Assembly (NCBI GenBank): GCA_903889895.1
Contig: CAISYZ010000257.1
Coordinates: forward strand, 6,196-70,195
Reading direction: 5' to 3'
Length of the DNA stretch: 64,000 nucleotides
From: an uncultured Verrucomicrobia subdivision 3 bacterium
Lineage (GTDB): Bacteria; Verrucomicrobiota; Verrucomicrobiia; Limisphaerales; UBA11358
The notes under the pieces were generated by a model that saw only the letters and a program-made list of their open reading frames with translations, was not told the DNA's origin and made no database searches. The first letter of the stretch is position 1; the number at the start of each line of letters is the position of its first letter. A program made the translations under genes and the position numbers. Positions 37,601 to 46,297 of this stretch are shown piece by piece.

Positions 37601-39250
37601 TATCTTTATTTCACCACCGCTCCGGCGTCCGGCCCCAACAGTGTCGTTCGCATCACGGATGCGGCGGGTTGGAATGGGAGCTTGAACATCATCTCCACCA
37701 ATGTGATTTATACCGCCTCCGGCAATGCCTATCTGAAAGGCATCACCTTTGTGCCGCAGCAGAACGCGAATGTTACCGAGTTGACACCGCCGCCCATCCT
37801 CACGGCACAATCGACGGCTTTCCCGGGCAGCGCCACCTTCGCCGTTACCAACTCGCCGGATGTTCCGGCTTGGCGCGGGGGAATCACGGGCATCACCGTG
37901 AACGGTTCCGCCTTGCCCACCGCCGCGTATGCGACGAATTCAGCCGGCAAGATTGTGTTCACTCCGTCCGCTTCCAGCGGCCTCCTGACCACATCCGGTC
38001 CCAAGACCATCGTGATTAGTTCGACGGGTTTCAGCACGAACTCGGTTGTCCAAATTCTGATTGGCAACGCGACTCAGCTTGTCATGGTAACTGAACCGTC
38101 AGCCACGAACACCGCCGGTGGAACGCTGGCCACGCAGCCGGTGCTTTATATCGAGGACGCCTATGGTGATGTGGTGAATACCAACAACAGCACCGTGGTG
38201 ACTGCCACGGTGGGCACGGGCACGGGCCCGTTGACTGGCACCTTGACGGCCACGGCAGTCAACGGAGTTGTGACCTTTAGCGGCTTGAAATCTCCGACCC
38301 TGGTTCAGACGGGTCTTTTGCTGACCTTCACAGCCACTGGCTTATCGAGCGCGGTGGATGCCACGAGCGTCACGATTACTCCGGCCAGTCCGAGCAAGTT
38401 GGTGATGGGAACCGAGCCTTCAACCACAGTGGCTGCAGGTGCAACTTTCTCAACGGCGCCGGCGGTTTACATTGAAGATACATACGGTAACGTGGTGACC
38501 ACGGCTAACTCCAATGTGGTGGCTACTGTTGGCACGGGCACGGGCCCGTTAACCGGTATACGGACCAACGCCGCCGTGGCGGGTATTGCTACCTTTACCA
38601 CCTTGGGAGCTCCAACCTTGGCGCAAACCGGTCTGAAACTTACATTCACAAACGCCGTGCTGACCAGCGCAGCGGATGCCACCAGCATCACAGTCACAGC
38701 TGCCGCCGCCAGCAAGCTTGGCATCACGACGCAGCCCACCGCTCCGGTCGGCAATGGTGGGGCACTTGGCACTCAACCCGTGGTTGTTGTGCAAGATCAA
38801 TACGGTAATACCATCACCTCCGCCACGTCCAACATCGTGGCTTCCGTTGGCGTTGGCACATGGGCGCTCGGTGGCACCACTACGAAGGCCGCTGTTTCCG
38901 GATCATCTGCCTTCACCGGTTTGACGGCCTTTAGCACCAACTCGGTCATGGGAGCCACCATCGTATTTAATGCTGGTTCATTGACCTCGGCGACCAGTTC
39001 GCCCTTTAACATTCCTTCACCCATCAAGTCAGTCTTGGGCGGTGCCAAACTTACCGGTGGAAAATTGAGTTTCGCCTTTACCAACATTACCGGATTAAGC
39101 TTCTCGGTGTTGGCGACGAACAACCTGACAGCACCTCAATCCACCTGGCCAGTGGTGGGAACGGCGGTTGAAGGTCCCGCCGGTATTTATAATTACACCA
39201 ATACGGCGGCAACTAACGCCAACCTGTTCTACATCCTGCGCCAACCGTAA
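34664..39250 (+). CDS. Large secreted Thr/Asn/Gly-rich multidomain surface protein
   Basis: Signal peptide; duplicated N-terminal domain (NAWRVR...NAPIGTQGA); two DUF1533-like 'PAWR..I....VNG' units; Ig-like 'QP.....D.YGN' repeats; verrucomicrobial C-terminal tail. Confidence 0.88.
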   Translation: MKLKNLACIASLLVASLSGANAATTLTAWTFDNNAVGLNASPVASTGLGSASALGLTSSTYNNTNSVSNPDVYAAPTGTSSGGANAWRVRASSTAGGSHGNGWSTNAPIGTQGAQFSGSTFGYNKVKVTFDVYATSDAEANLQVQYSTDVAGTNWCNATITSAGSDTIGNNTTSANTVTGSYVTLVSGWNNQITVDLSGVSAVDNSTNFSIRLVNASTCADCVDTTGAVYNNKTGSWTFDNVVFTGTGLDTIVEWTFDSYPSASTIVTNPVPEIGGATAGKATSIGFNNGYTYAGGNGTGSTDASDINNTGGSSSGSAGPNAWRVRGAILATGVAGIGWNYNAPIGTQGAEYDASTAGYSNIVVNFDLYFTSAAEARACVLYTTDGWATTNVANSLAYAPNPSYIQTNLPVGSGGSANTVTGTYFVAPNSQGFYNNIIVDFTGIPGVDNNPLFGFKVVNAATGSGDCLNLSGTAYNNSSGNWRFDNVTVAGTAGTPPPAIAFDPNATVDHAFTNTFTDNPAWRAAIAGVYVNGQPLTNTAYTVTAGKIVFTPANSSLLQASGLLNISILSVGFGTAKVAQPIVPGVATKLAFTKQATGPSASTGTLVVNPVLLVSDQYGNGTTNPYYNVTVSAAVSNSVAWILGGDTNQTAVNGLIVFSNLTATVVGGTNYPGAAITFTVTGYSPLTVTNSPAFNIAAAPATNFTRGDLAVLQLDKSANNTTFSIIELKPSAAGQTNAFNIVPISATGPNALRMSSAGTCGRLSLNDDGTLLCFAAFVDGSSATPDETFNLNRAAVGLNYTNQVSIGFTYTSTSLGGSQARSCTELLDTYGSVHWIVDDKGGLYDGNTNSGTITQPNLNAYNNVVVKNFAGVPYVETQKAVGPSLPVLYNLGLDTDTGLFDITPYTPGLTTDANATDFYLISTNGGTSYDVLYIMDSVSTNGIITKYSLVSGTWTANGSYTNRTGGDSLFATTNGNGGVYLYFTTAPASGPNSVVRITDAAGWNGSLNIISTNVIYTASGNAYLKGITFVPQQNANVTELTPPPILTAQSTAFPGSATFAVTNSPDVPAWRGGITGITVNGSALPTAAYATNSAGKIVFTPSASSGLLTTSGPKTIVISSTGFSTNSVVQILIGNATQLVMVTEPSATNTAGGTLATQPVLYIEDAYGDVVNTNNSTVVTATVGTGTGPLTGTLTATAVNGVVTFSGLKSPTLVQTGLLLTFTATGLSSAVDATSVTITPASPSKLVMGTEPSTTVAAGATFSTAPAVYIEDTYGNVVTTANSNVVATVGTGTGPLTGIRTNAAVAGIATFTTLGAPTLAQTGLKLTFTNAVLTSAADATSITVTAAAASKLGITTQPTAPVGNGGALGTQPVVVVQDQYGNTITSATSNIVASVGVGTWALGGTTTKAAVSGSSAFTGLTAFSTNSVMGATIVFNAGSLTSATSSPFNIPSPIKSVLGGAKLTGGKLSFAFTNITGLSFSVLATNNLTAPQSTWPVVGTAVEGPAGIYNYTNTAATNANLFYILRQP

Positions 39251-39268
39251 TTTCAGGTCATAATCACG

Positions 39269-39303
39269 ACGGGCGGGTTTCATCTGAAACCCGCCCGTTT
39301 TCT
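39269..39303 (+). terminator. Rho-independent terminator
   Basis: ACGGGCGGGTTTCA-TC-TGAAACCCGCCCGT followed by T run. Confidence 0.85.
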
Positions 39304-39342
39304 ATTATCAAAACCCTTATTTTTTAAAGCTTTTTGATAGAA

Positions 39343-40062
39343 TCACCCGTTTTTGCACTTGGAAAGCACGGTGAATAACTCGCCGTTTTCCCGTTTTAAC
39401 GAAGTCAATTCAAAATTGGTTGCATCGGTGAGCCGTTGACAACCAAGCCCGTCCGCAAACGTCGATGCCGTGCGCCCGCCGAAAATTTTTGGGCAGACGG
39501 TCAGGTGAATCTCATCCACCAAATCTGCCCGGAACAGCGCATCATTCAATTCACCGCCGCCTTCGCACAAAAGCCGTTTCACTCCGAATTGTTTTCGCAG
39601 CCAGCGGAGCACGGAAGGGAAATTGATTTCCGTTTCGCCGCAGATTTTTACGTGGTCAGCCAGTTTGCTGAGTTGAGCTAGCTTCCTGGCCGATGCGCGT
39701 TCGGTAGTCAAAATGACGATGGGTGAAAAGCGTTTTTGGAAAATATTCGCCACCGGATCAATCGAGCCGCTGCCGCTGACAATGATGCGCAAGGGATATT
39801 CGGCCAATCCGCTTTTCAGGCGCCGCTTCCGAAATTTTTCACCGCCGTTACCGAGAATTGTTTCCGAAATTTTAACCGTCCGCGCGCCGCACATCACCGC
39901 GTCCGCCGTCGCCCGCAATTCGTAAAGATGCGCCAAGTCTCGTTGGCTGCCGAACGAGTGCACCGCGCGGTTCGCGGTCGCAATTTTTCCGTCCGCCGTC
40001 ATCGCCATGTTGACGAAGACGAAGGGTAATTTTGAATTCTTGGTTTTGTGTTTTGAGTTCAC
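39343..40062 (-). CDS. RibD C-terminal (pyrimidine reductase/DHFR-like) protein
   Basis: 'AMTADGKIA', 'LLCEGGG', 'LVDEI.L...PKIFGG'. Confidence 0.85.
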   Translation of the reverse strand: MNSKHKTKNSKLPFVFVNMAMTADGKIATANRAVHSFGSQRDLAHLYELRATADAVMCGARTVKISETILGNGGEKFRKRRLKSGLAEYPLRIIVSGSGSIDPVANIFQKRFSPIVILTTERASARKLAQLSKLADHVKICGETEINFPSVLRWLRKQFGVKRLLCEGGGELNDALFRADLVDEIHLTVCPKIFGGRTASTFADGLGCQRLTDATNFELTSLKRENGELFTVLSKCKNG

Positions 40063-41132
40063 AGAATCAGCATCGCATCGCCGTAGCTGAAGAACCGGTA
40101 TCGCTCGCGGATTGCTTCCGCGTAGGTTTTCAAAATCAAATCGCGGCCGCGCGCTTTTTCGCCCGGCGCGGCGAACGCGCTGACCAACATCAGCAGCGTG
40201 GATTCCGGCAGGTGAAAGTTCGTCAGCAGCGCGTCCACGATTTGAAACTGCGCTGGCGGAAACAGAAAGATGTCGGTTTTGCCCGCATAAACATTGAGTT
40301 TTCCGGCATTCAATCGCGCCATGCTTTCCAGCGTGCGCGTGGCGGTGGTGCCGACGGCGATGACGCGGTGGCCGGATTTTTTTGCGGCGTTGATGGCGGC
40401 AACCGTCTCTTCGCCGATCTCAAAATATTCGCTGTGCATTTTGTGGTCGACGACATTTTCGACCTTCACCGGCAGAAAAGTTCCGGCGCCGACATGCAGC
40501 GTGACGAAGCAAATCTTAACGCCGAGCGCGCGGATTTTGTCGAGCAGTTCCGGCGTGAAATGCAGACCGGCGGTCGGCGCGGCGACGGAGCCGGCGGCCC
40601 GCGCATAGACGGTTTGGTAGCGTTCCTTGTCCTCGGCTTTTTCGGTGGCGCGCTCGATGTAAGGCGGCAGCGGCATTTCGCCCAACTTTTCGAGTTCGCC
40701 AAAAAGATTTTTGGTGCCGGAAAATTGCAAACGCCGGTGACCTTCGGCGTTGGTTTCCGTGACCGTCGCAAAAAAATCTGTCAACGCGCCGGATTTTTCT
40801 TGCAATCGGATTTGTGTCCCGATTTTGGCGCGTTTGCCGGGACGCATCATCGCCCACCAGTCGTTCGGCGCGTTTTCTTCGAGCAGCATAATCTCAAATT
40901 TCCCGCCGGTTTTCTCATTCACGCCGTGGAGCCGCGCGGGAATGACGCGCGAGTTGTTCAGCACCAAAACATCGCCGGATTTCAGAAATTCCAGCAGATC
41001 GGGAAATTGCCGATGCCGGATTTTCCCCGATTTCCGCTCCAAAACCAGCAGGCGCGAGCCGTCGCGGCGCGCGGCGGGTTGCTGCGCGATCAATTCCGGC
41101 GGCAAATCAAAATGGAAATCAGCGGTTCGCAC
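40059..41132 (-). CDS. queA: S-adenosylmethionine:tRNA ribosyltransferase-isomerase
   Basis: F.F.LP.ELIAQ, PLPPYI, AAPTAGLHF, TNFHLP, YRFFSYGDAM. Confidence 0.96.
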   Translation of the reverse strand: MRTADFHFDLPPELIAQQPAARRDGSRLLVLERKSGKIRHRQFPDLLEFLKSGDVLVLNNSRVIPARLHGVNEKTGGKFEIMLLEENAPNDWWAMMRPGKRAKIGTQIRLQEKSGALTDFFATVTETNAEGHRRLQFSGTKNLFGELEKLGEMPLPPYIERATEKAEDKERYQTVYARAAGSVAAPTAGLHFTPELLDKIRALGVKICFVTLHVGAGTFLPVKVENVVDHKMHSEYFEIGEETVAAINAAKKSGHRVIAVGTTATRTLESMARLNAGKLNVYAGKTDIFLFPPAQFQIVDALLTNFHLPESTLLMLVSAFAAPGEKARGRDLILKTYAEAIRERYRFFSYGDAMLIL

Positions 41133-41232
41133 TGGGCGAGCGTAACGGAGCGGGGCGGGGGCTGACAATTCACATTGCCGGCAAAATGTGAATAACTTTT
41201 GAATAAATATCGGTTTCGGAGCCATAAAACCG

Positions 41233-41276
41233 TTGACAGTGGTGGGGTATTGTGGGTAATAATGGGGCGTTGTGGG
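41233..41276 (+). promoter_or_regulatory. dcw promoter with MraZ operator repeats
   Basis: TTGACA at 41233; GTGGG/ATGGG at 41242, 41252, 41262, 41272 (10-bp spacing). Confidence 0.85.
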
Positions 41277-41311
41277 TGATTCTGGCCGTTTTCAGAATTG
41301 CAGTGAATAAA

Positions 41312-41776
41312 ATGAGCGCCGCCAAAACAGATTCGCTGGCCGTTTATAATTCGTGCTTCCGGCACGGAGTGGACGAGAAGCGGCGCGTCCAGATTCCGGC
41401 GAAGTGGCGGCCCGAGGACGACGGCGTCGAACTGACGATGATGCTCTGGCCGAAACACAATGCGGGGATTTGTCTGCGCGTGTTGCCGCCGGCGCAGATG
41501 GGGCAGTTGATGGCGGACATTGACGCGATGCCGAAGGGCGATGAGAAGAAGATTTATTTGAAGCGTTTCATCGGCAGCGAATCCGCGCAGGTGACGCTCG
41601 ACAAAGCCGGCCGCATTTGCGTGCCGGACGAAATGGCGCGCAAGGCGGACATCAAGGACGAGGCGGTGCTCGTCGGCCTGCTCGACCGGTTTGAGATTTG
41701 GAATCCGGCCCGTTACGAAAAAGTCAAGGCGGCGGACGCGATGCTCGCGCACGAAGCCTTCAAATTCATGGAGTGA
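41312..41776 (+). CDS. mraZ: Division/cell-wall cluster repressor MraZ
   Basis: D.K.R..IP..W and D..GRI..P repeats, FEIWNP. Confidence 0.92.
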   Translation: MSAAKTDSLAVYNSCFRHGVDEKRRVQIPAKWRPEDDGVELTMMLWPKHNAGICLRVLPPAQMGQLMADIDAMPKGDEKKIYLKRFIGSESAQVTLDKAGRICVPDEMARKADIKDEAVLVGLLDRFEIWNPARYEKVKAADAMLAHEAFKFME

Positions 41777-41778
41777 TT

Positions 41779-42270
41779 ATGAACCTAGGAAAATTGCTTG
41801 GCGCAGGAAAAAGTTTTTTTGGCGGCGGCGGCAAAGTGGCCTACCGCGAGGACAAAAAATTTCACCTGCCAAAATTCAACGCCGACAAAAATCCGTTCGC
41901 GCCGAAAGCTGCCAACGGTGCCGGCGAATTGAACAAGGTGTCGCTGCCCGCTGCGGCGAAGACGCAGCGGATTCCCGTGGTTGCCACCGCGCGCGCCGCG
42001 AAAGTCGCCGAGCCGGTTCGCGCTGCGAGCTGGAAGGACAAATTAAATCCGTTCCGCGCGCCGACGCCGGTTGCACCCGCCGCGAGCGCCGTGCAGGTCG
42101 AGCTTTCGCTCGAATCCGTGAAAGTGGTTCACAATGATTTGGCCGACGCCGACATCGAAGTCGTGCCGGTGAAGTCGCAGACGATTTCGCAGCCGGAAGC
42201 GCCGATGCTGCCGCCCGCGCGGCAGTCGTGGGAATTTCTCGGCGAACGCCTCGTGCAGCCGCAAAGCTGA
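41779..42270 (+). CDS. Hypothetical protein between mraZ and rsmH
   Basis: ATG immediately after mraZ stop; stop shortly before rsmH. Confidence 0.7.
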   Translation: MNLGKLLGAGKSFFGGGGKVAYREDKKFHLPKFNADKNPFAPKAANGAGELNKVSLPAAAKTQRIPVVATARAAKVAEPVRAASWKDKLNPFRAPTPVAPAASAVQVELSLESVKVVHNDLADADIEVVPVKSQTISQPEAPMLPPARQSWEFLGERLVQPQS

Positions 42271-42279
42271 CCATGCGCA

Positions 42280-43212
42280 GTGCCCGAATTCATTCACAAA
42301 CCAGTGATGGCGGCGGAGGTGCTGGCCGCGCTGAAGCCGCACCCGAACGGCCGCTACGCCGACGGGACGCTCGGTGGAGCTGGTCACGCGGCGAGCATTT
42401 TGGCCGCGAGTTCGCCGACTGGATGGCTGTCTGGGTGCGATCGCGATGGCGTCGCGGTTGAAACCGCCACGGCGCGGCTGAATGAAAAATTTGCCGGACG
42501 GTTTAAAATCCGGCGCGGAAATTTTTCGGAACTGGCGGACTGGGTGGCGGAAAAAAGTTGTGACGGCGTGCTGCTGGATTTGGGCGTGAGTTCGCCGCAA
42601 CTGGATGTCGCCGAACGCGGCTTCAGTTTCATGCAGGACGGCCCGCTGGACATGCGGATGGACGATCGGCAGCCGGTGACGGCGGCGGATTTGGTGAACG
42701 GCGAGGACGCCGAGCCGCTGGCGAAAATTTTTTGGGAATACGGCGACGAGCGCGATTCGCGCCGGTTTGCGAAGGCGATTGTGCACGACCGCGCGCTGCG
42801 AAAATTTGAAACGACGAAACAGTTGGCGGATTTGATCGAGCGGCTCGCGCCGCGTCACGGAAAAAAGTCGCATCCGGCGACGAAAGTTTTTCAGGCGCTG
42901 CGCATCGCGGTGAACGACGAGATTGGTTCGCTGAAGCGCGGTCTCGAAGGCGCGGTGAGAATTTTGAAGCCGGGCGGAAGGCTGGCGGTAATCACTTTTC
43001 ACTCGCTCGAAGACCGCGTGGTGAAAGAGTTCGGCCGCGAAAAGACGCGCGATTATTCGTTCGCCGGCGAAGTGGATGTGCCGGAGTTGCGGACGCCGCG
43101 CGTGCCGGAATTGAAATGGGTTTCGCGCAAGGCGATTTTGCCGGGCGACGAAGAATTGAACGCAAATCCGCGTGCCAGAAGCGCGCAGTTACGAGTGTTG
43201 GAGAAAATTTAG
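42280..43212 (+). CDS. rsmH: 16S rRNA m4C1402 methyltransferase
   Basis: HKPV, DGTLGGAGH, DLGVSSPQ, PLDMRM, FHSLEDR, NPRARSA. Confidence 0.96.
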   Translation: MPEFIHKPVMAAEVLAALKPHPNGRYADGTLGGAGHAASILAASSPTGWLSGCDRDGVAVETATARLNEKFAGRFKIRRGNFSELADWVAEKSCDGVLLDLGVSSPQLDVAERGFSFMQDGPLDMRMDDRQPVTAADLVNGEDAEPLAKIFWEYGDERDSRRFAKAIVHDRALRKFETTKQLADLIERLAPRHGKKSHPATKVFQALRIAVNDEIGSLKRGLEGAVRILKPGGRLAVITFHSLEDRVVKEFGREKTRDYSFAGEVDVPELRTPRVPELKWVSRKAILPGDEELNANPRARSAQLRVLEKI

Positions 43213-43590
43213 ATGGCCAAAAATCGTAAAAATCAGGCGGCGGCGATCCGGTTCGGTCCGGCGCTGAAGGCGTCGTTCTTGTGCCTGCTCATCGGCGGCT
43301 CGGCGGTCGGCTATGTCTGGCAGAAGAACGAGATTTACCGGCTCGGCCAGCAGATCCGCCAGCGCGAGACGAAGCTTGCGCAGTTGCAGAACGACAACAA
43401 GCGTCTCGGCGACCAGATTTCGATTTTGCATTCGCCGGTGATGATTGACCGCCGCGCGAAGGAGCTGAATCTCGGTCTCGCGCCGGCCACGCCGCTGCAG
43501 GTCGTGCGGTTGACGGAAACGCCGGTCGCGCCGGAGAAAAATGGTTCGCGCCAGTTCGCCCAGCGGCCGGTGACCGAACTCACGCCGTAA
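43213..43590 (+). CDS. ftsL: FtsL-like cell division protein
   Basis: Single TM plus coiled coil; position between rsmH and ftsI. Confidence 0.7.
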   Translation: MAKNRKNQAAAIRFGPALKASFLCLLIGGSAVGYVWQKNEIYRLGQQIRQRETKLAQLQNDNKRLGDQISILHSPVMIDRRAKELNLGLAPATPLQVVRLTETPVAPEKNGSRQFAQRPVTELTP

Positions 43591-43669
43591 ACAAAAATAA
43601 ATTTTGGCCGCCGCTCGTGACGCCGTTGGTTGAGGAACCGATCGCCACGGGCGGCTGGCCGTTTTTAGG

Positions 43670-45553
43670 ATGAACAACAAGACGCAAATCCGCCGCGCGC
43701 TGCTGCTCCTCGGTTTTCTGGGGCTGGCGTTCGCCGGTTTGAGCTACCGGCTCGTGGATTTGCAGGTGTTGCGGCACGACGAACTCAGCGCCAAGGCCGA
43801 GCACAATACGCAGCACGAATATTGGCAGGCACCGCGCCGCGGCGACATCCTCGATGTCAACGGCAACATCCTCGCCACGAGCGTGCCGGTGAAAACCATC
43901 TGTGCCGACCCGTCGCTCATCGGCACTTTCCAGCCGCTCGTCGCCCGCGCCATCGCGCCGCTGCTGCAACTCAACGAAAACGATCTCGCGCAAAAACTCA
44001 CGCCGCGATTGGCGCGCAATGCGAAGGGCGAAATCGTCACGAACAATTTGCATTATGTCCGGCTGGCGAAAAATATTTCTGACGACACCTGGCGGCAAAT
44101 CGTGACGGCGATGACGAATCTCAATTTCGGCGTGGACGAGAAAAAATTGCCGCGCGCGCAAAAGGAATTTGTCCGCAATCTTCGCCAGCACGCGATTTTC
44201 ACCGAACCCGACCAGATGCGCGTTTATCCGAACGGTTCGCTCGCGTCGCAGGTCATTGGTTTTCCGGCGGCGGAAGAAGAAAAAATCAGCGGGCGGCTGG
44301 TTTCACAAATCGTCGGGCGCGACGGTGTGGAACTCGCGATGAACAAGCAGTTGGGCGGCGTCGCCGGCTGGAAAGTCACCGAGACCGACCGCGCGCAGCA
44401 CGAATTGGTCGCCTTGCGTGACGAGGATGTGCATCCGCGCGACGGTTTGAATGTCGTGCTGACGGTGGATTCCGTCGTGCAGCACATCGTTGAGACCGCG
44501 CTGGCCGACGCGCTGCAAAAACACACGCCGCGCAGCATCACCGGCATCGTCATGCGCCCGAAGACCGGCGAAATTCTGGCGATGGCGTCGCTGCCGAATT
44601 ACGACCCGAACCAGCCGAATACCATCACGCCGGAAACGCGCAACCGCGTGCTGACCGATGTCGTCGAACCTGGTTCGACTTTCAAAATCGTCGTCGTCTC
44701 CGGCGCGTTGAACAACGGCATCGTCAATTTGAACACGCCGGTCTTTTGCGAGAACGGCGCGTTTGCGTTCGCTGGCCGCGTGTTGCACGACCACGAGCGG
44801 CTCGGCAACGAGACGGTGAAAAGCGTCATCACCAAATCCTCCAACATCGGCGCGGCGAAAATCGGCATCCAACTCGGCGCGGACAACCTTTACAGCTACG
44901 CGTGGAATTACGGTTTCGGCCAGCGCACCGGCATTCCACTGCCGGGCGAGGCGCGTGGATTTTTGTATCCGGTCAAGGACTGGAGCAAGGTTTCCATTGC
45001 ACAGATTCCGATGGGCCACGGCGTCGCGGTCACGCGCTTGCAGATGCTTTACGCGATGGCGGCCATCGCCAATCACGGCGTGCTGATGCGACCGATGATT
45101 GTGAAGCAGCTTCAGGAACGCGACGGCTCGGTGGTGCAGCGTTACGCGCCGGAAAGCGTCCGCAAAATCATCAGTGACAAAGCTGTCGCGGACATGATCG
45201 AAGCGCTGAAAACCGTGCCGACGAAGGACGGCACCGCGCCCGACGCGGCGATGAAAAATTATGTCGTCGCCGGCAAAACCGGCACGGCGCAAAAGGCGGA
45301 GAACGGCGCGTATGCCTCGGGAAAATATATTTCCTCGTTCATCGGATTTTTTCCCGCCGACGATCCGCAGATTTGCATTTCCGTCGTGATGGACGAGCCG
45401 AAGGAAGGTTATTACGGTGGCAAAGTCTGCGGCCCGGTATTCCGCGACATCGCCGAGCGGTGCGCCAGTTATTTGAACATTCCGCCCGATCCCAGCCGCA
45501 TGACGAATAATCCGTCCGCGCTCGTCGTGGAAAACGGTTCGCGCAAACTTTGA
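43670..45553 (+). CDS. ftsI: Class B penicillin-binding protein
   Basis: RG.I.D.NG, EPGSTFK, SSN, KTGT. Confidence 0.92.
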   Translation: MNNKTQIRRALLLLGFLGLAFAGLSYRLVDLQVLRHDELSAKAEHNTQHEYWQAPRRGDILDVNGNILATSVPVKTICADPSLIGTFQPLVARAIAPLLQLNENDLAQKLTPRLARNAKGEIVTNNLHYVRLAKNISDDTWRQIVTAMTNLNFGVDEKKLPRAQKEFVRNLRQHAIFTEPDQMRVYPNGSLASQVIGFPAAEEEKISGRLVSQIVGRDGVELAMNKQLGGVAGWKVTETDRAQHELVALRDEDVHPRDGLNVVLTVDSVVQHIVETALADALQKHTPRSITGIVMRPKTGEILAMASLPNYDPNQPNTITPETRNRVLTDVVEPGSTFKIVVVSGALNNGIVNLNTPVFCENGAFAFAGRVLHDHERLGNETVKSVITKSSNIGAAKIGIQLGADNLYSYAWNYGFGQRTGIPLPGEARGFLYPVKDWSKVSIAQIPMGHGVAVTRLQMLYAMAAIANHGVLMRPMIVKQLQERDGSVVQRYAPESVRKIISDKAVADMIEALKTVPTKDGTAPDAAMKNYVVAGKTGTAQKAENGAYASGKYISSFIGFFPADDPQICISVVMDEPKEGYYGGKVCGPVFRDIAERCASYLNIPPDPSRMTNNPSALVVENGSRKL

Positions 45554-45561
45554 AAATTTTT

Positions 45562-46293
45562 ATGAACGAATCTCGTCCGCAACTTTTTGGTATGCTGGCC
45601 GGCCTGTTTCTGGCCGCCGGCCTGGTGCTGTCCGCGATGCTTGGCACGAGCGCGTGGATGAAAATTAAAAATTCGCAGTTTATCACCGTTAAAGGCTCGG
45701 TGCAGAAAAACATCGAGTCCGACCTCGCCATCTGGTCCGGCGGTTTTCAGGTGGAGGCGGAAACGCTGTTGGACGCGCAGCACAAAATTCAGGCGAACCG
45801 CGCGGTGGTGGCGAAGTTTCTCACGGACGCCGGTGTGACGAATTTTTCCTTCGGTTCCATCGGCATTGAAGAATTGAAGGCCACGCAAAAATCGGCCGAG
45901 GGCTGGGTCACCCAGCGCACGACCGGATTTCATTTGAGCCAGAATGTTTGCGTCGAGTCGCCGGATGTGGATCGGCTTGACCGCTTGGATTCCACGCCGC
46001 TCGTGGAGCAAAATGTTATTTTCACCGTCGCGCCGGCGGAATTCATTTACACCAAGGCCGGTGACACCAAAATCGAGATGCTCGCCGACGCGACGAAAGA
46101 CGCCCGCGCCCGCGCCGAGCAGATTGCGTCGCAAGGCGGCCGCAGCATCGCGCGGTTGCAAAGCGCGGATCAGGGGATTTTTCAAATCACGCCGGTGCAC
46201 AGCGTCGCGACGAGTTGGCAGGGCGAAAGCGACACCAGCTCGCGCCAGAAAACCATCACCGCCGTGGTGACCGCGACCTTTTTGCTGAAATAA
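45562..46293 (+). CDS. SIMPL (DUF541) domain protein
   Basis: N-terminal TM, 'ITVKG', 'A..DA..RA..IA', 'GIFQIT'. Confidence 0.8.
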   Translation: MNESRPQLFGMLAGLFLAAGLVLSAMLGTSAWMKIKNSQFITVKGSVQKNIESDLAIWSGGFQVEAETLLDAQHKIQANRAVVAKFLTDAGVTNFSFGSIGIEELKATQKSAEGWVTQRTTGFHLSQNVCVESPDVDRLDRLDSTPLVEQNVIFTVAPAEFIYTKAGDTKIEMLADATKDARARAEQIASQGGRSIARLQSADQGIFQITPVHSVATSWQGESDTSSRQKTITAVVTATFLLK

Positions 46294-46297
46294 AATT

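Noticed and set aside
38100..38900. DNA repeats inside the giant surface protein (e.g. GGCACGGGCACGGGCCCGTT twice)
   Set aside because: Explained by ordinary Ig-like domain duplication; no reverse transcriptase or adenine-specific variation suggesting a DGR.
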